A stretch of 64,000 nt of DNA from Octopus vulgaris (Eukaryota), in assembly GCA_951406725.2 (NCBI GenBank), contig OX597837.1:5084001-5148000 (forward strand), read 5' to 3'. The notes under the pieces were generated by a model. The model was not told where the DNA came from, made no database searches, and worked only from the letters and a program-made list of their open reading frames with translations. How positions within the stretch are numbered: the stretch's first letter is position 1; each line of letters opens with the position of its first letter. The position numbers were made by a program, and so were the translations under genes. Of the stretch, positions 54,224 to 64,000 are shown one piece after another.

Positions 54224-54404
54224 AATATCATACTTTGATGCTGAACAAAGTGAGATCCCTAAGACAAGCCCCAGATATTAATTAAATACTTACTATATGC
54301 AAATTAGCAGCTCCAGTTCACTGTAGCTACTGGATATGTTGAACATAGAACATACAAACAGATTAGCAGCTTATTTAAAAATGGTTGGTAAAATTAATGT
54401 AAAC

Positions 54405-54441
54405 ACCACTGATGAGACCTCAATGAGGCTCGAAAATTGGT
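54405..54441 (+). ncRNA. Hammerhead-like motif with imperfect cleavage-site/helix III region
   Basis: ACCA-CUGAUGA-GACCUC(AAU)GAGGCUC-GAAA-AU-UGGU. Confidence 0.45.
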
Positions 54442-55444
54442 TAAGTCTGTTCATAATTGTTTTGTATCTACATAGAAAACATTAAATTTGCCTTTGTATG
54501 TATGTCTGCTATGTAGCTTGCATATACATATAAATACATTAGTCACTTCAGAAATAGATTCGTACACTATCTATATAATTACCTCTAAGATTGCAGGGTT
54601 TTGAAACTGGAATATATAGAGGTGGTGGTGTCGGTAATGGTGGTGGTTGTCATGGCTACAATGATGGTGGTTATAGCAGTGGTAGTGGCTGAGGTAGTAG
54701 TGGTGGTGGTGGTGGTGGTGTTTTTTGGGTGTGTTTATAGTTAGGGAAGGGCAGCCCTACTTTCTGAAAATATTGTTGTTGCACCTTAAAGTTCTACCAC
54801 CACGATCTCAGACACCACCACTACAACCACTACTACCACCACTACCACCAAACATATCACAAGTACCACAGTACTACCACACTCACAACGATCACTACCG
54901 TAGACAGCATAACAATAATGACCATAGCTTCTTGCTCTACACACACACACACACCACCAACACAATCACTACCATAATCACCACCACCACCACCACCACC
55001 AATACGAAAACAACTGCCACCACCAACAGCATCATCATCACCACCACCACCACGACCACCACCAACAACACAAACACAACTGCCACCACCACCATTGCCA
55101 CCATCACCACTACCACCAACATCACCATTACAACCAACATTACCACTACAAGTACCTCCACCAATACCACCAGCACCAGCACCAGCACCAAACCCATCAT
55201 CACAACTACTACAAGGCTGCCACATTCACAACTATCACAACCACATGCCCCCCCCCTCAACACCTCAACACCACCTCTACCAACACCACCAGGTGATATG
55301 ATAATATTAATGACGAGAAACCAAGAAGCATCCTGGTGTACGTCTCTTCCATTGATACCAGACACTGTATTTAGGATTCACACGATACAAGAATGTGTGT
55401 GTGTGTGTTTGTGTGTGTGTGTATACATATATATATATATATAT

Positions 55445-55475
<31 letters not shown>

Positions 55476-55476
55476 C

Positions 55477-55515
<39 letters not shown>

Positions 55516-55623
55516 CATACATATATATATATATATACGTATATATATATATATATATACACATATACCTATATACATACATATACATACACATATATAT
55601 ATATATGTATATATATGTATATA

Positions 55624-55654
<31 letters not shown>

Positions 55655-55698
55655 GCATGTATGCTTACATACATACATACATATATATATATAGATAT

Positions 55699-55793
<95 letters not shown>

Positions 55794-55866
55794 TACGTAT
55801 AGACATTGTAGATATGCATAGAGATAAATGTGTGTGAGTGTATATAGAGCTGGAGATATTTATATA

Positions 55867-55972
55867 ACTGCATTGACAGGGTCTTTCAAGTTTTGCCAAG
55901 TGCTTGGTTTATTTCAAGCTGTTTCAATCAGCCACACACTTGGCAAGACTTCAAAGTCACTGTCGATACAGT
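55867..55972. repeat. ~105 bp imperfect palindrome (MITE-like)
   Basis: ACTGCATTGACAG..CTTTCAAGTTTTGCCAAGTG pairs with CACTTGGCAAGACTTCAAAG..CTGTCGATACAGT. Confidence 0.7.
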
Positions 55973-56061
55973 GATAGGAATATCAGGTCCTAGCAACACT
56001 TGTATTGAATGCTTTATGTTCATTGTATACAGTATAGAGCATACACACTAACAGATATACA

Positions 56062-56111
<50 letters not shown>

Positions 56112-56161
56112 AGTATACAGATACACACACACATACATATATTGTACAGTTAAAAATGGGC

Positions 56162-56198
<37 letters not shown>

Positions 56199-56416
56199 TA
56201 TGTATGTATGTATATATACACACATATGCATACTTTATATAAACATATATATGTACATATATATATATACATACAACACATATATATATACACACATATA
56301 CATACATGTATATATACATATGTATAAATATATCTATATATATAAATGTATATATGCATATATATGTATATATATTATATATATGTATAAATACATAGAT
56401 ATGTATACATACATAG

Positions 56417-56482
<66 letters not shown>

Positions 56483-57435
56483 AGATATATATATATATAT
56501 ATATATGTATATTATACATACATTATACACAGTTGCAAATGTGTATGTGTGTGTGTATCTATATACATGTATGTATATGTGTGTGCTCTTCTACCTAGAC
56601 ATGTGATGGCTGTAGACGAGCATCACTGTCATACAAGTGGTGTTACTCATTTCTGCATTTCATAGGAAAACATGCCTGGCCATGAGAAATATTATCTTGC
56701 TTGGAAATAGGTAAAGGTTGGTGACAGGAAGGGCATCGTGATTATGAAATCTGCCTCAATAAATTCCTTCTCGTTCGTGGAAGCATCAGTTGAAAATGGT
56801 AAGTGCAAGAGGAAGGCTGTCTTCCAGTGATGCACATCGGTTGAAAGAACGAGGACAGAATGTTCCGGAAGAATCATTGGGATCATAGCCATCACCATCA
56901 GGAGTCTGATCCTCATTACCATTGACATCCTGATCATCAGTACTAAGAATATCGCCCCCATCACGATCGTCATCGTCGTCGTTGTCGTCATCATCATCGT
57001 CATCACCATCACCACCACCACTGTCAGCATCATCGCCACTAGCAGCATCAGCAGCAGTAAAACCCCACCCCATCACCACCACCACCATCATCAACATCAT
57101 CATCGTCATCATCACCACTACTGTCAGCATCATCGCCACCACCAGTATCAGCAACACCATCACCACCACCACCACCACCACTACCACCAACACCACCACC
57201 ATCACCACCATCATCAACATCATCATCATCAACATCATCATCATTGTCATCACCATTACGACTGTCAGTATCATCACCGCCACCACCACCACCACCACCA
57301 CCACCACCCATCAACATCATCATCCTCATCCATCTTCCTGAACATCAGCCCGCTATATGAAGCATGGATTATTACAGCAGGAAGATGATTACATTTCTGT
57401 GTGTGTGTGTGTGTGTGTGAGTATGCGCATGTGTA

Positions 57436-57482
<47 letters not shown>

Positions 57483-57556
57483 GTGCATATATGTATACAT
57501 ACATACGTATATATTTAAATACATACATACATATATATATACACATACACACACAT

Positions 57557-57596
<40 letters not shown>

Positions 57597-57885
57597 TATA
57601 TATACACATACACACATACAATATATATATATACACATGATGCTTCATCTGATATTTTTTGCAACATAGTTCAGTGGCAATGAGATCCTCCGTGGAGATA
57701 TAAGTGTTTACAGATAAAGCCGGATATTAACAGACACACTGACAGACGCATCAACATAGAGACACACACACAAACACACACACGTGAATACACTTCACGT
57801 CTATATTTTTATATAAACATATAGAAGTAGGTGTATTTTCACACACACACACTCACACAGATGTACACATGCATATTTAGACACT

Positions 57886-57929
<44 letters not shown>

Positions 57930-57934
57930 TATAC

Positions 57935-58115
57935 ACACACAAATCTATCTACATATCTATATATATATACACATATCTATCTACATATCTATGTATATAT
58001 GTATATATATATATACACAAATCTATCTACATATCTATATATATATACACATATCTATCTACATATCTATGTATATATATATATATATATACACAAATTT
58101 ATCTACATATCTATG

Positions 58116-58120
<5 letters not shown>
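57935..58120. repeat. Higher-order tandem repeat built on ATCTATCTACATATCTAT units
   Basis: A block of about 78 bp repeated about 2.3 times. Confidence 0.75.
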
Positions 58121-58158
<38 letters not shown>

Positions 58159-58300
58159 ATATATACATACATATGTATATATGTATGTATGTATATATGT
58201 GTGTGCATATATACACATACACATACACAGACACATATATATAAACTGTTTTTTCTCAACATGTTTTAAACCTTTCTCCAGCTGTTTCCTCTCCTCATTC

Positions 58301-58336
58301 CTTTCTTGAAAAGAGCATATGCTTGAAACGTCAAAG
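58301..58336 (+). ncRNA. Degenerate minimal hammerhead (family of 62877)
   Basis: CUUU-CUUGAAA-A-GAGC(AUAU)GCUU-GAAA-CG-UC-AAAG. The 5' core is mutated. Downstream TTTCCTGAG...CTAA is shared with family members. Confidence 0.4.
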
Positions 58337-58462
58337 TCTTTTCCATTTTCCTGAGTGCCAAACTAACACACTTTGTTGTTCCTTCACATATATTCATGTC
58401 TTTTGTTTCTTGTTTTCTATACAATTTGAAACCATATATATATACTTAAAACCTTTAGTGAA

Positions 58463-58510
<48 letters not shown>

Positions 58511-58524
58511 AGACTATGAAAGTG

Positions 58525-58706
58525 AGGTAGACCAACCGAGGGAAATGTGGAGAGGAGAGGTGGAGAAGGAGATTGGGAGGGTTGGTTTGAGAAGAAAGGA
58601 TGCTCCAAACCGGGCAAGATGGCGAGATGGTGTGAGAGTGGTTGTTATAGCACTACAGTAGATCTGGCCACCCCTATTAATGGGGACAAAACCTGGATTT
58701 AAAACA

Positions 58707-58745
<39 letters not shown>
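58525..58745 (+). mobile_element. Short 3' fragment of a different RTE family
   Basis: (GR)PREMWRGEVEKEIGRVGLRRKDAPNRARWRDGV, a short UTR and a (GAT)n tail. Confidence 0.75.
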
Positions 58746-58983
58746 ATAAATATGTACATCATACACACACACACACAACACACACACACTCAGACTCTCA
58801 CAAACATATATATGTATGTCTGTTTTATGTTTCCTCTTATGAATAATGATACTAATAACCATTTCCAAATGGTTACTAGTATCGTTATTAGTTTACTACT
58901 ATCGTTATTACTTTACCGTCAACAACTAAGCTACTATAGAGTGTAATATCAATTAATGAAAGACAAAATAATTGAAATTGCAT

Positions 58984-59095
58984 AATCACTTTCATAGGCT
59001 TACAGCTGTTTCTACTATCAGTAAGCAAGCACTCAGAACTGAGTGCTCATGCAACATCTTATAGCTTCTTCAGAGTCATTTAAATTAAGTGATTC
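58984..59095 (-). ncRNA. Type I hammerhead ribozyme with extended helices I and II
   Basis: Minus strand: AAUCACUU..GACU-CUGAAGA-A-GCUAU...(AGCACUCAG/CUGAGUGCU hairpin)...AUAGU-A-GAAAC-AGCU-GUA^AGCC..AAGUGAUU. Core motif at 58997-59077. Helix III ACAGCUGU is palindromic. Confidence 0.78.
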
Positions 59096-59341
59096 TGAAC
59101 TGCAGAAAACATTTTACTCTTAAGCATTCAAACTTTTTTTTATCAAATGTAATGTTTGTTTATTCACATCGTTTTGAATTGAATACATATTATTTCAAAG
59201 GTGTGTTTGTATATTTTTAAAACGACATTGTAGGGTAGGTGGGAGAAGTTGGATCTGGTCCATTTTAACATTAAAAACATGTAGAATATTTGAGCTGGAT
59301 ATCGCTGGATTAAATGGGAAAAGGTTAAAATATTATTATTA

Positions 59342-59680
59342 TCTCTCTATATATAAAATGTCTGTGTGTGTGTCCTTTATACAAATCCTCAATTTCTCAG
59401 TTAGAGGGCTCGCACTTTCTGTGGTCATTCAAAATCGCCCGAGGGTGATTGTGCACATCTTTACATTTCCCCAGTCACCCCACAAAGCCATTAAAAAAAT
59501 CAATAGAAGTGACTTTTTTGTGAATTTTATATCCAAAACCCAATCAAAATGCTCGATACTTGATACGCCAATTGAATGCCAGCTAGCTGTATGTGATTGG
59601 TTGGAGATTTTGGACAGTACTCGTGTGTATGTGCGCACACACGCAGCTGTATATACATGCACTAGCACAATGACCTGGCA
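59342..59680 (+). mobile_element. Helitron-like non-autonomous 5' fragment
   Basis: A|TCTCTCTATATATAAAATGTCTGTGTGTGTGTCC start. No 3' CTAG end found. Confidence 0.4.
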
Positions 59681-60333
<653 letters not shown>

Positions 60334-61126
60334 GGTGGCGACTGGGCAGAACTGTTAGAGTGCTGGACAAAATGTTCGGCAGTTTTACATTCGGCTCCTT
60401 GCAGTTTAAGTTCAAATCCTGCTGAGGTCAACTTTACCGTCCTCCGTTTCGAAGCAGATGAAATAAAGTACCAGTTAGATACTGGGGGTCGATTGCGATG
60501 GCTAACAACCTCCTCTCAAACTTGCCGGCCTTGTGTCTAAATTAGGAACCTTTTTAGATAGTTTTAGGACTACAGTAATTGTGTTTGGTGAGAGAACATG
60601 GCTTGTTTAAGGACCATGAGTAAGATTCTGAAAATCTTGTCTAATCCATCAAATTAGTGGATGGGTGTGGCACTGAGTCATAAAATCCTCCCATGAGAAA
60701 AATACTGATGAAATAATGCTGCATGTACGATATAAATTGAGAAGGGGGCTGATATTTTTATTTCTCATACTTGTCAGCCTGTCTGGCTGTCTGTCTGTCT
60801 TTGTCTAGTACTATCTATCTGTCTGTCTGTCTATCTATCTATCTATGTATCTATCTATGTATGTATGTATCTATCTATCTATCTATCTATCTATCTGTCA
60901 ATCTATCTATCTAAATATCTATCTATCTATCTATCTACCTACCTACCTAAACCTACCTACCTACCTACCTACCTACCTACCTACCTACCTACCTACATAC
61001 CTACTTATCTATGTAGCTCTGTCTGTCTTTGTCTAGTACTATCTATCTGAACCTGGTGCTGTCCTCCACCAACACCGGATGTCAAGCAATGGTCAGGGAC
61101 GAACACAGACACAAAGACACACATAC

Positions 61127-61190
<64 letters not shown>

Positions 61191-61194
<4 letters not shown>

Positions 61195-61441
61195 GTTGGT
61201 ACATAATTATTGCGGCTTTTTTTCAACAAATTTTATTCAACAAAAACAATAACAATATTTAAAAAAAACATCTTTAAATGGCAGTCTGATCATCCGCCAA
61301 GCAAATGGGAAGCAGTAATTGAAGTAGATGGTGATTATGCTCCAGAATAATCATTTAAAGATGTCTTTGTTAAATGCTGTTATTGTTTTTGTTGAATAGA
61401 ATTTGTTGAAAAAAAGCCACAATGATTAAGCACCAACCCAA
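61191..61441 (+). mobile_element. Mariner-derived MITE with ~90 bp TIRs
   Basis: TA|TTGGGTTGGTACATAATTATTGCGGCTTTTTT ... AAAAAAGCCACAATGATTAAGCACCAACCCAA|TA. The centre encodes DHPPSKWEAVIEVDGDYAPE*, resembling mariner LPxRWxxVIxxxGxY. Confidence 0.85.
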
Positions 61442-61938
61442 TATATATATATAGATATCATCATCATCATCGTTTAAAGTCTGCTTTCCATGCTAGCATG
61501 GGTTGGACAGTTTGACTGTGGGCTGGTGAACCAGATGGCTGCACCAGGCTCCAGTCTTGATCTGGCAGAGTTTCTACAGCTGGATGCCCTTCCTAATGTC
61601 AACCACTTCGAGAGTGTAGTGGGTGCTTTTACGTATATATATATATATCCCCGTTTCGTGTCCGTTGCCAGCCTCGCCTGGCCCTCGTGCCGGTGGCACA
61701 TAAAAAGCACCATCCGTTCGTGGCCGTTTGCCAGCTCTGTCTGGCACCTGTGCGGGTGGCACGTAAAAAGCACCCACTACACTCACGGAGTGGTTGGCGT
61801 TAGGAAGGGCATCCAGCCGTAGAACACTGCCAGATTTGACTGGGCCTGATGAAGCCTTCTGGCTTCACAGACCCCAGTAGAACCGTCCAACCCATGCTAG
61901 CATGGAAAACGGACGCTAAATGATGATGATGATGATGA

Positions 61939-61975
<37 letters not shown>

Positions 61976-62876
61976 AAGGGCTTCTTTCAGTTTCCATCTA
62001 CCAAATCCACTCACAAGACTTTGGTTGGCTTGAGGCAATACTAGAAGACAGTTGCCAAAGGTTTTACACAGTGGGACTGAACCTAGAACCATGTGGCTGG
62101 AAAGCGAACCTCTTACCACATAGCCACATGCATATATGTGTATTGATATACACACAGAGAGAAAGAAGGAGAGGAGGGGGACAGGAAATGGTATATCCAG
62201 AAGGAATTAAAGAGTGGGTGTTGATTATATCATGCAATAACATAAGAGCAATAACCGGTACATTCCACTAATTAGAAGAATTTCATAATCAACTTTCAAT
62301 CACTGAATTTAAGCAAAATAAAATTTTTTTTTAAAATTATAAAAATAAAAGAAATATAAAAATAAAAGAAATGCTAACATTTTTAAGGTATCTCGCCACC
62401 TTCCCTTCCCTGCATTCACACTCCCACCTCGTGAAATAAAATTTTTAAAAGTAGGTGTTCTTAAATGTGTGGGATTTTTCTTCTCCCTAGAGTCCACTTG
62501 TAGAGGCTGTAGAAGAGAGAGAGAGAGATGGAGAGCTAGTTAGATAATGAGAGAGTGAAATACATACATAGAAGTATATACATACATACATACAATCATA
62601 TATATATATATTGTTGTGTCTGGGGAGCGACATTCTGTTTTAATGCCTTATTAATTAACACACTCACCACTTCAATGTCCACTTATTCATTAATTTTCTT
62701 TCCCAAAATTTTCGTTGCTTCTTGCAATCTCTTCAATAGCTATATAGTTGTATATGTATGTATATATATGAATATATATATGCATATATATATATACATT
62801 CAAAATGTGACTGCATGTGCACCGTTGGTGATTTTTTTCCCTCTCTCTTCCCTTCTCTGGATCTTTCCTTCTCCTA

Positions 62877-62913
62877 TGTTTCTGACGAAGAGCTCCGCTT
62901 GAAACGTTAAACA
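62877..62913 (+). ncRNA. Minimal type I hammerhead ribozyme, intact core
   Basis: UGUUU-CUGACGA-A-GAGC(UCC)GCUU-GAAA-CG-UU^AAACA. AACGUU is palindromic. Confidence 0.82.
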
Positions 62914-63002
62914 CTCCTTCTTTCCTGAGCACCCAATAATACTATATTCACGTCCTCGCATTGTTGTGTTTTCTCTTTGTGTTTTCATGGTTGGATTAAC
63001 TT

Positions 63003-63057
<55 letters not shown>

Positions 63058-63221
63058 CGTAGATGTTGAATGAAGAAAATGAGTGCTCAAGACTGCATTG
63101 GTGGATATATTTTCTTTATTTGCGAATTAAAGCTACCATTGGTTTCATGTTAGGAAAAGTAGGAAAATACCCTAGTGCCTTAATAATCTTTCAATATCTA
63201 TATCTATCTATCTATCAATCA

Positions 63222-63254
<33 letters not shown>

Positions 63255-63321
63255 CACACACACACATATAATTATATATACATAGACACACACACACACA
63301 CACATATATATATACATATAT

Positions 63322-63375
<54 letters not shown>

Positions 63376-63388
63376 GTATATATTTATG

Positions 63389-63810
63389 TAGGTGCAGGAG
63401 TGGCTGTGTGGTAAGTAGCTTGCTAACCAACCACATGGTTCCTGGTTCAGTCCCACTGCATGGCATCTTGGGCAAGTGTCTTCTGCTATAGCCCCGGGCC
63501 GACCAATGCCTTGTGAGTGGATTTGGTAGACGGAAACTGAAAGAAGCCTGTCATGTATATGTATATATATATATATGTATGTCTATGTGTGTGTGTTTGT
63601 GTCTGTTTGTCCCCCTAGCATTGCTTGACAACTGATGCTGGTATGTTTACGTCCCCGTCACTTAGCGGTTCGGCAAAAGAGACCGATAGAATAAGTACTG
63701 GGCTGACAAAGAGTAAGTCCCAGGGTCGATTTGCTTGACTAAAGGCGGTGCTCCTCCATAGCCGCAGTCAAATGACTGAAACAAGTAAAAGAGTAAAAGA
63801 GCAAAAGAGT
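63389..63810 (+). mobile_element. Full-length CORE-type SINE
   Basis: Family match. An opposite-strand copy starts at ~63837 and runs to the window end. Confidence 0.85.
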
Positions 63811-64000
63811 ATGTATATTTACATATATATATATATACTCTTTTACTCTTTTACTTGTTTCAGTCATTTGACTGCGGCCATGCTGGAGCACCACCTTTTA
63901 GTCGAGCAACTCGACCCCGGGACTTATTCTTTTTGTAAGCCCAGTACTTATTCTATCGGTCTCTTTTGCCGAACCGCTAAGTGACGGGGACGTAAACACA

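Noticed and set aside
54725-55837. 370 aa ORF, and the many YI/HT/CV/poly-X ORFs elsewhere
   Set aside because: These are translations of (CCA)n, (TA)n and (CA)n repeats that lack stop codons.
63130-63197. Minus-strand GAAAC-CAAUG-GUA with downstream AAUAAA
   Set aside because: The CUGANGA half is missing. At most a truncated HHR, so not called.

Overview
This is eukaryotic, AT-rich, microsatellite-saturated non-coding DNA. The repeat repertoire (tRNA/CORE-type SINEs, MetaSINE-type SINEs, RTE 3' tails ending in (GAT)n, very high (TA)n/(CA)n/(TAA)n density) suggests an octopus or other coleoid cephalopod genome; this is inferred from family resemblance. I find no intact host gene, and almost all ORFs in the supplied track are microsatellite or SINE artefacts. 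Protein-like sequence is limited to retroelement relics (RTE, R4/Dong, CR1-like, Penelope GIY-YIG) and mariner C-terminal remnants. The main signal the ORF track misses is about a dozen type I hammerhead-ribozyme (HHR) motifs from several unrelated sequence families, many inside inverted-duplication structures typical of Penelope-like elements (PLEs). One element (3893-4275) combines a tRNA-derived Pol III head with an HHR tail, making it a candidate PLE-mobilised ribozyme SINE. The window also shows two LINE/short-repeat shared 3' tails, a tandem MetaSINE trimer inside one target-site duplication (TSD), and many foldback structures. All alignments and folds were done by eye, so repeat boundaries are approximate.
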